Positions 9,107-17,361 of a stretch of DNA of 21,179 nucleotides are shown piece after piece; positions within the stretch are counted from its first letter, which is position 1, and every line of letters begins with the position of its first letter. The position numbers were made by a program, and so were the translations under genes. The notes beneath the pieces were generated by a model. That model was not told the DNA's origin, searched no databases, and worked only from the letters and a program-made list of their open reading frames with translations. The stretch spans positions 1-21,179 of the forward strand of contig JAYTOU010000071.1 in NCBI GenBank assembly GCA_043747615.1. Direction: 5' to 3'. The DNA comes from Myxococcales bacterium. GTDB lineage: Bacteria; Myxococcota_A; Polyangia; Polyangiales; Polyangiaceae.

Positions 9107-10248
9107 CCCCCGAGCACGTGCTTGGCGATCACCAGACGCTGGATTTGGCTTGTTCCCTCGTAGATCTGGAGGACTTTCGCGTCGCGCATCAATTTCTCGA
9201 CGGGGTACTCTTTCACGTAACCGTTGCCTCCGAAGACCTGCACGGCGTCCGTCGCCGTAAGCATGGCTGAGTCCGCGCCGTACGCTTTGGCGTAGCTCGA
9301 GACGACCGGGTTGCGAATTCCCTTGTCGAGATTCCAGGCGGCCTTCCGGACGAGGAGGCTCGTTGCCTCGATGCGGATGGCCATTTCCGCAATCATCCAC
9401 TGCACGAGCTGATGGCTCGCGATCGGCACGCCGAACGTCTTTCGTTCCTTGGCGTACACCACGCACTCGTCGAGGCATCGGCGCATCAGGCCGACGGCGA
9501 TGGCCCCTATGTCGGGCCGGGTCTGGTTGAATGTTTCCATCGCGAGCTTGAAGCCCTGTCCGGGCACGGCGAGGACTTGGCCGGCGGGGACGTGGACGTC
9601 CTCGAGGGTGACGACCGCGGTGTCGCTCGCGCGCTGGCCGAGCTTGTCTTCGTGCTTGCCGACGGCCAGCCCTTTGGCGTCGCGATGAACGATGAAAGCC
9701 CCGATTCCCTTGTGACGGAGCTCCGGATTTTCCGTGGCGAAGATGGTGTAGAAGCTGGCCATCGACGCGTTCGTGATCCAGCACTTGGAGCCGTTGAGAA
9801 CGTAGCCGCCGCCCGAGTCCTTTACAGCTCGGGTCTGCAGGCCGGCCACGTCGCTTCCCGCCGCGGGCTCGGTGGTGGCGTAGCTCGCGAAGATCGGCTC
9901 GGCCGCGAGCCATCCCAGGTATTTTTTCTTCTGCGCTTCCGTCCCGCCGAGGCGGATGGGCGTGAGGCCGAGGGTGTTGGCGGTCATGCTCGTCTGGATG
10001 CCGCTGCACCCGTAGGCGAGCTCCTCGGTAATCAACGAAGAGTCCACGTCGGAGAGGCCGCTCCCGCCGTACTCGGTGGGCAGCGTGGGGTTCACGAGCC
10101 CGAGCTTCCAGGCCTCGTCGAACACTTCACGCGGGAACCTGCCCTCGCGATCGCACGCGGCGGCGACGGGGATGATGCGCTCCTTCGTGAAGCGGCGGGC
10201 GGTGTCGATCAGTGCTTTCTGCTCTTCGGTGAGTTCGAAGTCGATCAT
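9103..10248 (-). CDS. Acyl-CoA dehydrogenase (short/medium-chain type)
   Basis: Motifs TEPAAGSDV, LNGSKCWITNA, KLGQRASDT, ERKTFGVPI, AVQVFGGNGY and RDAKVLQIYEGTSQIQR. Confidence 0.96.
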   Translation of the reverse strand: MIDFELTEEQKALIDTARRFTKERIIPVAAACDREGRFPREVFDEAWKLGLVNPTLPTEYGGSGLSDVDSSLITEELAYGCSGIQTSMTANTLGLTPIRLGGTEAQKKKYLGWLAAEPIFASYATTEPAAGSDVAGLQTRAVKDSGGGYVLNGSKCWITNASMASFYTIFATENPELRHKGIGAFIVHRDAKGLAVGKHEDKLGQRASDTAVVTLEDVHVPAGQVLAVPGQGFKLAMETFNQTRPDIGAIAVGLMRRCLDECVVYAKERKTFGVPIASHQLVQWMIAEMAIRIEATSLLVRKAAWNLDKGIRNPVVSSYAKAYGADSAMLTATDAVQVFGGNGYVKEYPVEKLMRDAKVLQIYEGTSQIQRLVIAKHVLGG

Positions 10249-10253
10249 GAAAA

Positions 10254-10382
10254 TTACTCCCTCGCTCGTTTACGCTTCTTCGTGGTCTGTTCGCGAGCCG
10301 CGCGCGATCCCAAAATGAATCCGAGCACGATGCCGATCAGGAGAACGGCAGGAATGAAGATGATGTGCTCGGACGTCGGCAT
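10254..10382 (-). CDS. 42-aa single-pass membrane peptide (below the ORF-track cutoff)
   Basis: Translation MPTSEHIIFIPAVLLIGIVLGFILGSRAAREQTTKKRKRARE*: one TM helix plus a basic tail. It fills the gap between ccmD and the ACAD with 10 and 5 nt spacers. Confidence 0.7.
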   Translation of the reverse strand: MPTSEHIIFIPAVLLIGIVLGFILGSRAAREQTTKKRKRARE

Positions 10383-10392
10383 CGAAAAAGGT

Positions 10393-10665
10393 CTATTTTT
10401 CCAGCTTCGCCGCGGCCTTGTCGATCACGCGCTCCAGGTCGTCCAGGCGCACGCGCAGGGCTCCTTGACGACGCCACATCGTGAGTAGCCACGCCATCAG
10501 AATGAGCCACAGAACGACGTACGCCTCGACCAGCAGCGTCGATCCGCTGTGCTGCTCGGGCTGGTTACCTTCCACTGCCTGAAAGGTAGCAGCGCGGGAC
10601 TCGGGCGTCCCCGATGCGGACGGAGCCGGCGCGGGCGGAGGATCTGCTTTGAGATCAGTCAGCAT
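10393..10665 (-). CDS. ccmD: CcmD-like heme exporter protein D
   Basis: AYVVLWLILMAWLLTMWRRQ TM segment followed by a coiled tail. It lies 2 nt downstream of ccmC and has a Pro/Ala-rich N-extension. Confidence 0.65.
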   Translation of the reverse strand: MLTDLKADPPPAPAPSASGTPESRAATFQAVEGNQPEQHSGSTLLVEAYVVLWLILMAWLLTMWRRQGALRVRLDDLERVIDKAAAKLEK

Positions 10666-10667
10666 GG

Positions 10668-11399
10668 TCAGGCTTCCGTCCGATCGTCGAGTCCGAGGTC
10701 GATGGCGTCTTCTTCCAGCCGTGCGAGGCGACTCTTGGCCAGCTCGACCCGCACCCGCGCCCAGAGAAGTGCGACGGCAAAGAGGGTGAAGGCCGTGAAG
10801 CTCATCATGAGCGCGAGCTTCATGTCAGGATGCTGCAGGCCGCCACCTTTCGCGGTGATCACGGTGGGGTGCTGCCCGCTCCACTTTTGCACGCTGTAGT
10901 GAATGATTGGTAAGTTGGCGGCTCCGATGATGCCGAGCGCAGCGGAGAATTTTCGCTCGCCTTCGCCGTCACCCGTGAACGCGCGCAAGACAAGGTAAGC
11001 GACGTAGATGAGCACCGACAGAAGCGACGTCGTGAGGCGCGGATCCCACACCCAATAATAACCCCAGGCTTTCGCTGCCCATAACGGCCCGGTGGTGAGG
11101 ACCACGGCTCCGAAGACGACGGCGAGCTCGGCACCCGCGCGCGCGAGGGCGTCTCGCTCATCGGTCGGCTTGAGGAGATAGCCGATCGACCCCACGAGGC
11201 AGGCCGCGGCGCCGATGTACATGCAGTACGCGCTGGGGACGTGGAAGTAGAAGATCTTCTGCACGATGCCCATCGTTCTTTCGGTGGGGACGCGCAGAAA
11301 CACCATGTTTATCGTGGCTATGTAGAGAACCGTCGCGACGCCGACCAGGCCGTAGAAGATCGCGTTCTTTCCTTTACCGGCTGCGGGGGCGCTCATCAC
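10668..11399 (-). CDS. ccmC: Heme exporter / cytochrome c maturation protein CcmC
   Basis: Motifs QKIFYFHVPSA, Trp-rich WAAKAWGYYWVWDPRLT and PIIHYSVQKWSGQHP. Start is GTG 11399 or ATG 11396. Confidence 0.9.
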   Translation of the reverse strand: MMSAPAAGKGKNAIFYGLVGVATVLYIATINMVFLRVPTERTMGIVQKIFYFHVPSAYCMYIGAAACLVGSIGYLLKPTDERDALARAGAELAVVFGAVVLTTGPLWAAKAWGYYWVWDPRLTTSLLSVLIYVAYLVLRAFTGDGEGERKFSAALGIIGAANLPIIHYSVQKWSGQHPTVITAKGGGLQHPDMKLALMMSFTAFTLFAVALLWARVRVELAKSRLARLEEDAIDLGLDDRTEA

Positions 11400-11485
11400 T
11401 AGCGAAATCTAGTCCCTGCCGGTCACCGGTTCAAGCGCGGCACTGGTCCACTCGGTCGAAGGCGGTTCGTGCTACTTCAAGCGTC

Positions 11486-13606
11486 GTGATGGGGACCGGT
11501 GAGACGAAAGCGCCGCGCGCGGAAGTGCTCGCTGTGCTCCTGGGCGTGCTCGCCGCCGCGGTGTTCGCTCCCGCTGTGGCGGGCGGATGGCTCTTCGATG
11601 ATCGCGGTCTCATCCTGGCGAACGAGCGCGCCCATTCGCTTGCTGCGTGGAGGACGTGGTTCACCACCGATTTCTGGGACGCGGGCGAGCCGCTCAGGCA
11701 GGGCGCCACGCGCATGTTGTACTGGCGCCCCGCGGTGACCGCGAGCTACGCGCTCGACTGGGAAGTGAGCGGAGGCACGCCGGTCGTTTTTCACCTCACG
11801 AATTTCTTCTGGCACGGGCTGGTCTCCGCGCTGGCGTTCCTCACCCTCAGGCGCTGGACGAGCACGCTCCTCCCTGCGTTCGTTGCGGCGTGTCTCTTCG
11901 CGTTCCATCCGACGAAGGCGGAGAGCGTCGCTTGGATTTCGGGGCGCACCGACATCCTCTGCACGGCGGCGATCCTGCTCGCCTCGTACGGGGCTGCGCT
12001 TCGTCTGGAGGGCGCGCGGACGGGGCTGGCTCTGGAGGTCGTCGCCACCGTCGTCGCGTACATGCTGAAGGAACAAGCCATCGTCCTCGCGGCGTTCGTC
12101 GCGGTCGAAGCGTGGGTGGCGATGGATCGTCCCGCCATCGATCGGAGCGTGGCGAAGAGACTCATGAGAGCGGGCGCGCCGCAGCTCGGCGTGGCGATCG
12201 CCTACCTCGGGCTTCGCGCGCGCTTCATGCCCATCAACCCGAACCCTCAGGCGATCTCCCTCGGCGATCGCGCGAAGGAGGTCTTGGAGACGATGGGCCG
12301 CTTCTTCGAGCTCATCGTCGCGCCGCACGATCTGTCCGTTCAGCAGGCGCTCATTCACACCAGCCGCGGGCGCATGCTGTTCAACGATGCCTACGTCGTT
12401 CAGGGCGCTGTCGTTCTCGGTGTCGGCGGTCTCGTGGCGTTCGGCTATCGACGAAAAAATCCGGGGGTCACCGTTGGTCTCCTGCTTTTTTTGGCGACGA
12501 TCCTGCCGACATCCAATGTGGTGCCGACCGGCTTGATCACCATGCTGTCAGAGCGCTTTCTCTATTTGCCGAGTCTTGGGATCGCGCTGGTCATCGCGGC
12601 GGTGCTCGCGCGCGCTGGTGAGCGCTGGGAGCGCCCGCTCCTCGCCATCGCTTGCGTGGGATCCGTCATTCTCGGCGGTCTTGCGGCGGCGCGTGCCGCT
12701 GACTTCGGAGACGAGCGCGCATTCTGGGCGCGCGAGCTCAGGCTCCACCCCGACAGCATGGACGCCCTTGGATTCATGGTCCGTGACGCGTTCGACAAAC
12801 ACCAGTTCGCCAAGTCGCTGCGCCTCAGCGCTCACGGTCAAGAGCTCGCGTCGCGCGCGTTCCCGCACCGCGGCCTTGAGGCGGACTTCATCGTCCAGGC
12901 GTGCGAGTCGATTCTTGGAGAGACGCCCGACCACGACGGGCCGTCACTTCGCGCCGTCGACACATTTCTCGGTGAGCTCGCGGACGCGTCGGTCCCGGTT
13001 GCGCGTCTCGCCGTCCGGGAGATTTCGATCGAGCTTCCGCTTCGCGGCGCGCCCGTGCAGCGGCGATTGAAGGTGCTCCGAACCAAGCTCCTCCTTCTTC
13101 GTGCCGACCTCGCGAGTCGAACGGGCGAGGACACACCCGCGTTTCGCTTACTGGAGAGCGCGCGCGCTTCGTGCCCACGATGCGCCGAGGTCGAGAGCAC
13201 GGCGGCCATCGTCGCTGCCCGCGCGGGAGACTATACGCTTGCAAATGGCGCGCTCGCGGCGCTGGCCGCTCGCCCTGGCGAAGTCAGCACGGCAAAGGTT
13301 CGCGCCGTGGTCGAGCGCTCCGAGCTCCTCGGAAGACAAGCCGCCGCCGCCTCGGGGCCGAGCGCTTTGATGCTTCGCGCGCAGCAGCTGTCGGCGCTCG
13401 AGGCGTGGGGCCGCGCTTACGATGTCCTGGCGCCTTACAAGGACGAAATCAAATCTGCACCTGGCGTCGCGCTCGGATTTGCGGAGCTCGCGTGGCGCGC
13501 TGGGGAGCCGGCGAACGCGCGCGAAGTACTGGCCGCAAACGTCCCGCCCGACAGGGTGGCGCGCATGACCCACGAATGGTCGAAGGCGATGGGCTGGACG
13601 CCGTGA
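11486..13606 (+). CDS. TMTC/DUF1736-like GT-C membrane glycosyltransferase with a helical (TPR-like) C-terminus
   Basis: Motifs WLFDDRGLI (DD), YWRP, FHLTN, FAFHPTKAESVAWISGRTD, KEQAI and SERFLYLPS, with an Ala-rich helical C-terminal third. Confidence 0.78.
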   Translation: MMGTGETKAPRAEVLAVLLGVLAAAVFAPAVAGGWLFDDRGLILANERAHSLAAWRTWFTTDFWDAGEPLRQGATRMLYWRPAVTASYALDWEVSGGTPVVFHLTNFFWHGLVSALAFLTLRRWTSTLLPAFVAACLFAFHPTKAESVAWISGRTDILCTAAILLASYGAALRLEGARTGLALEVVATVVAYMLKEQAIVLAAFVAVEAWVAMDRPAIDRSVAKRLMRAGAPQLGVAIAYLGLRARFMPINPNPQAISLGDRAKEVLETMGRFFELIVAPHDLSVQQALIHTSRGRMLFNDAYVVQGAVVLGVGGLVAFGYRRKNPGVTVGLLLFLATILPTSNVVPTGLITMLSERFLYLPSLGIALVIAAVLARAGERWERPLLAIACVGSVILGGLAAARAADFGDERAFWARELRLHPDSMDALGFMVRDAFDKHQFAKSLRLSAHGQELASRAFPHRGLEADFIVQACESILGETPDHDGPSLRAVDTFLGELADASVPVARLAVREISIELPLRGAPVQRRLKVLRTKLLLLRADLASRTGEDTPAFRLLESARASCPRCAEVESTAAIVAARAGDYTLANGALAALAARPGEVSTAKVRAVVERSELLGRQAAAASGPSALMLRAQQLSALEAWGRAYDVLAPYKDEIKSAPGVALGFAELAWRAGEPANAREVLAANVPPDRVARMTHEWSKAMGWTP

Positions 13607-13619
13607 CGGCGCCGGCTCC

Positions 13620-15332
13620 TTACTTGATCCTGGAGATCGCGACGGTGGGCGACAGCACGAATCGATAGATCGCTCGCTCCGGAAATTGCGTGGCAGCAAT
13701 TTCTGCGGAGCCCTCGGCGTCCATTACGAAGAGGGTCTCGTCCTGCAAATCAGGCCTCGGGCGCTGCCACTCGTGGACCCACGTCCCAACGCGGGCGAGC
13801 TCGGGCACCGCTCGCCAGACGCGGTTGAAGGGCGGAACGAGCACGATGGATTTCGTGGCCTCGGGGCGCTCGATCGACGAAGCGATGAACTCGCGCACCA
13901 CCTCCTGAACGCGCGCTTGGTTGTGGAGCGCATTCATGTGCACCAACGAGAAGGGGAGGACTCCGAGGGTGAGCGCTCCGGCCAGAGGCCCAACGACCAG
14001 CGAGCCACTCTTCACCACCACTACGGTCCTCTGCACCCCATGCACGGCGACGATGGCGAGCGGCACGACGCACTCCGAGTAGTGGATCGGTCCGACGATG
14101 TGGATGCCGTGGTCGTCATGAAAAAATCCGAGGGCGAGAAGGGCGACGACGCCGAGCACCAGCTGCTTCGTGAAGGCATCGAACGAGGCGCCGACGGCCA
14201 CGAGGATCACTCCGAGCGGACCCAAGAAGCCGATCGCGAGCATCAAGGAGTTGTAGGTGACGTTGGCGCCGAACCTGTTCCACGGGCCGCCGTGGACGAC
14301 GCCGCTCACGAAGCTCTCGGAGCTGAATCGCGCTGGGAAAAAGGCGTTTCCGGTCATCGCCCGGGAGTGAAGGCAGAAGGCGACGAGCGGAAGTACGGCC
14401 CCGAGAACGACGAAGCCAAGCACGCTCTTGTCGGTGCGCTCGCCCTTGACGGCGCGGATCACGAGGCCGACAAGCAGCGGAAAGGAGAGCATCACGATCT
14501 CCGGCGGGCGGCAACAGAACCCGAGCGCGAGAGCGAAGCCGAGGACGAGGCCGTGCCACGGTTTACGCGCTGGACCGTCGATCACCGCGTACGCAACCAT
14601 CCCGAGGGCGAGAAAAGCGCGCGACAAGACATGGGTGTGGGTGGTGATCGAGAGCAGCAAGAACATGGGTGACGCGGCGATCACGGCCAGCCCCGCGAGC
14701 CCGAAAGAAGCTCCGAGCCTGCGCGCGCAGATGTACGCGACGCACGGGACGGGGGCGGCTGCGAAGAACGCGAAGAGGAAATTTCCGAGGCCCGATTTTT
14801 CCGCGACGGCCCAGGCTGCCTGCGGGCCGATCCAATCCATGCTCCCGATCTGATTGTCGTGCGAAAAGAGAAACAGCTTGGGGATGACCTTAAGGACGCC
14901 TTGCATGGGGAGCATGACGTGCCCCGCCGCGAGGATGCGGCCACCGAACTGGTTCGCATACTCGTCGTCCGTGATCGGAAATCCGCCTAGAATGAAGTCG
15001 TTTCCGAGACGAGCGAGGGTCACGAACGCCGCGTAAGCGAGCGCGAGACCGCAGACGATCTCTACTCGCGAGGCGCGGCGCACACTCTCGAGCACGGCGC
15101 GGACCGCTTTCGAAATCCAAGGCCCGGCCGCAAGGCCAATGAGCGTCGCGCCTGGAAAAAGAAAAAGCATGAGCCCGATCGCCAGACTGAGCTCACCGGG
15201 CGTGAACGCACCGTACGGAGGGAGGAACGCAATGCGGTATCCGGAGGGCGCCTGAGCGAGAGCCCAAAATTGCAGGCAGAGAACGCACCCTACGACGAGC
15301 GCGATGGCCCTCTGTCTCGGCGTAGGCTGCAC
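13620..15332 (-). CDS. GT-C (PMT/ArnT-like) polytopic membrane glycosyltransferase
   Basis: Acidic loop ITDDEYAN after the first TMs, SP and CRPPE motifs, more than 10 hydrophobic segments and a soluble C-terminal tail. Its GTG overlaps the upstream stop by 1 nt. Confidence 0.6.
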   Translation of the reverse strand: MQPTPRQRAIALVVGCVLCLQFWALAQAPSGYRIAFLPPYGAFTPGELSLAIGLMLFLFPGATLIGLAAGPWISKAVRAVLESVRRASRVEIVCGLALAYAAFVTLARLGNDFILGGFPITDDEYANQFGGRILAAGHVMLPMQGVLKVIPKLFLFSHDNQIGSMDWIGPQAAWAVAEKSGLGNFLFAFFAAAPVPCVAYICARRLGASFGLAGLAVIAASPMFLLLSITTHTHVLSRAFLALGMVAYAVIDGPARKPWHGLVLGFALALGFCCRPPEIVMLSFPLLVGLVIRAVKGERTDKSVLGFVVLGAVLPLVAFCLHSRAMTGNAFFPARFSSESFVSGVVHGGPWNRFGANVTYNSLMLAIGFLGPLGVILVAVGASFDAFTKQLVLGVVALLALGFFHDDHGIHIVGPIHYSECVVPLAIVAVHGVQRTVVVVKSGSLVVGPLAGALTLGVLPFSLVHMNALHNQARVQEVVREFIASSIERPEATKSIVLVPPFNRVWRAVPELARVGTWVHEWQRPRPDLQDETLFVMDAEGSAEIAATQFPERAIYRFVLSPTVAISRIK

Positions 15333-15880
15333 TAGCTCGTTCCGGATTCTGCTGCGAGATCCGCGATCACTTCATCGAACCAGCGCTGCACGACGCGTCG
15401 GAACGGCCACATCCAGCCGTAGTCGGGTCCCATGAAGCGATCGACGATGAAGGCTCGCTGAAGCTTCGCGGCTGCGAGCCCCTTGACCTCGGCGGTCGCT
15501 CGGATCGTCTCGGTGTACGCCTCCCACTCGATGCGCGCGCGCCCGTAGGCGAGGCCGAGGGGAAAAAACGGAACGAGGTAGACGAAGGCCATCATCACGT
15601 CGCCCATGCGCCGGCGCTGTCGAAGGTGCACGCGCTCGTGGCGAAGAAGGATGTAGCGCTCTTCGTCTCCCATCGTCTCCCAGCTGTCGGGCACCCACAG
15701 TTTTCCGAAGAGGGCCGTGTGGTACTCCGTCAGGTACGTCCGCATCTGACCGATGGTGACGACCGCGAGGGCCACATGGATCGCACGCTGAAGCGCGCTC
15801 GTACGCTTCGGCAAAATCTCGAAGGAGGGGAACTCCTCGCAGATCTCGGCGATGAATGGCTCGGAGAGGAAGAACGGCAT
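15332..15880 (-). CDS. Small HExxH zincin-like metalloprotein
   Basis: LRHERVHLRQ with downstream EWEAY (candidate third Zn ligand), and a hydrophobic segment between them. Confidence 0.65.
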   Translation of the reverse strand: MPFFLSEPFIAEICEEFPSFEILPKRTSALQRAIHVALAVVTIGQMRTYLTEYHTALFGKLWVPDSWETMGDEERYILLRHERVHLRQRRRMGDVMMAFVYLVPFFPLGLAYGRARIEWEAYTETIRATAEVKGLAAAKLQRAFIVDRFMGPDYGWMWPFRRVVQRWFDEVIADLAAESGTS

Positions 15881-15915
15881 GGCGCTCTGCCGATTCTCTT
15901 ACCACGGACCTCTCG

Positions 15916-17313
15916 TCAGGGGGCGGTGTCGACGAGAGCCCAGAGCATGCCGGTCGAGCCCAAGCCACCTGCGACCGGACCGCTTCCGAAGTCGACCGAG
16001 CCAGTGAAGTCTCCGGCCACCACCGTCAGGCCTTGCGCAGAGGCGACGCCAAGCCCTCGCGCACTTCCATTTCCAAATACGATCGCCCAGCGAGAGACGC
16101 TCGCGTCGTCGTACGCAGCTACGAAGCCGTTCGTCGAGCCGCTCGCCGGATAGGTGCTCGCGCCGAGGCTCATCGAGCCGGTGAAATGACCCGTAACGAC
16201 GACGCCGCCGTTGGCGTCCGAGGCGAGCGCCTCCGGAATGACCTCGCCGTCGGAGTCGATCGTCGTGATGCCGACGAAGGAGAGATCGGCCTCGTAGGTG
16301 GCGACAAACGCGGTGTGCAGCCCGCCGCCAACGAGAGCGGAGGTTTGGCCGAAGGCGGCCTCGTGGGTGAAATAACCGGAGGTGACGATGTGGCAGCCTT
16401 TGACGACCAGACCGTGCGCGGCGTCGTCACCCGCACCTCCCATCTTCCTAGCGCGGAGCGGGGTTAGGCACGAATCGTACGTCGCTACGAAGGCGTCCTG
16501 GCCACCGGCGCCGGTGAGCGACTCCCCGCCGAACGCCACGGTCCCCACGAACGTGCCCGCGGCGACCAGATTTCCTGCCGGCGCGAAGGCGAGGGAGTTC
16601 ACGGCGTCCCAGCCTCGATCGCCGAACGTATGCTGCTTCTCGAACGCGTCGTCATTCGTGTATTGTACAACGAAACCGTCGGCGTCCCCGTGGCTCACGA
16701 CGGGATCTCCACCGAGCGACGTCGTGCCGTTGAACGCGCCCGCGGCGGCGGCATGGCCTGCCTTGGCGGCGACGGCGTAGACGTACTCGTCGTCCGTTCC
16801 GCCAAATGTTCGCGCCCATCCGAAGACGCCCTCGGTCGACACCTTCATGAGGAACCCGTCGAGCCCGCCGGCGCTGGTTCGCAGCGACCCTCCGCTGAAG
16901 AGCGCGTCGCCGCCGAAGCTCCCCGCGACGTAGACGGAGCCCGCGGTGTCCAAGGCGAGCGCGCTCGCGTCGACGTCGCTCCCATCGACATAGGTGACCC
17001 ACGTGCACACGCCGGTCGCCGAGTACTTCGCGACGTAAGCGGCTGCCGTGGCGTGCTCACCGCAGCCGATGTTCGCGCCGCCGCCGAGCGAGCCGGCGAC
17101 CCAAAAGCCCGTGCTGTCCGCAACGACGGCGACACTTGCATCGTCGCCCGCGCTGTCGGCGGTCTGGGACCACGCGCCGCGCCCGTTCGGTGACGAATTG
17201 AGGCCGCTCCGCGTCACTCGTCCGGGAGCGGCGGCGCGGGTCATTCCGTCGGAGCATGCAGCGCACGATCCAAACGCGAGGACCAAGATCATGCCCAAGG
17301 CGGAGTACCGCAT
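15916..17313 (-). CDS. Secreted or lipid-anchored SBBP-type beta-propeller repeat protein
   Basis: Signal peptide with Cys (AFGSCAAC). About 7 repeats of the pattern D(A/G)FV..Y...G...W...GG..DD...A.D..G.V.V.G.F.G. Confidence 0.75.
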   Translation of the reverse strand: MRYSALGMILVLAFGSCAACSDGMTRAAAPGRVTRSGLNSSPNGRGAWSQTADSAGDDASVAVVADSTGFWVAGSLGGGANIGCGEHATAAAYVAKYSATGVCTWVTYVDGSDVDASALALDTAGSVYVAGSFGGDALFSGGSLRTSAGGLDGFLMKVSTEGVFGWARTFGGTDDEYVYAVAAKAGHAAAAGAFNGTTSLGGDPVVSHGDADGFVVQYTNDDAFEKQHTFGDRGWDAVNSLAFAPAGNLVAAGTFVGTVAFGGESLTGAGGQDAFVATYDSCLTPLRARKMGGAGDDAAHGLVVKGCHIVTSGYFTHEAAFGQTSALVGGGLHTAFVATYEADLSFVGITTIDSDGEVIPEALASDANGGVVVTGHFTGSMSLGASTYPASGSTNGFVAAYDDASVSRWAIVFGNGSARGLGVASAQGLTVVAGDFTGSVDFGSGPVAGGLGSTGMLWALVDTAP

Positions 17314-17361
17314 AAAGCGTATACGGACCCTGCGGCAGGCACGTTAAGGGGCGGTCGTCGA

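Noticed and set aside
4121..10488. Long antisense ORFs (4121..5278 -, 5154..6425 +, 9412..10488 + and similar)
   Set aside because: Shadow frames expected from high-GC codon bias opposite well-supported genes, with no motifs of their own.
11486..15332. GT-C enzymes as lasso-peptide glycosyltransferases
   Set aside because: GT-C enzymes act outside the cytoplasm using lipid-linked donors, whereas lasso tailoring is cytoplasmic. Only proximity supports the link.
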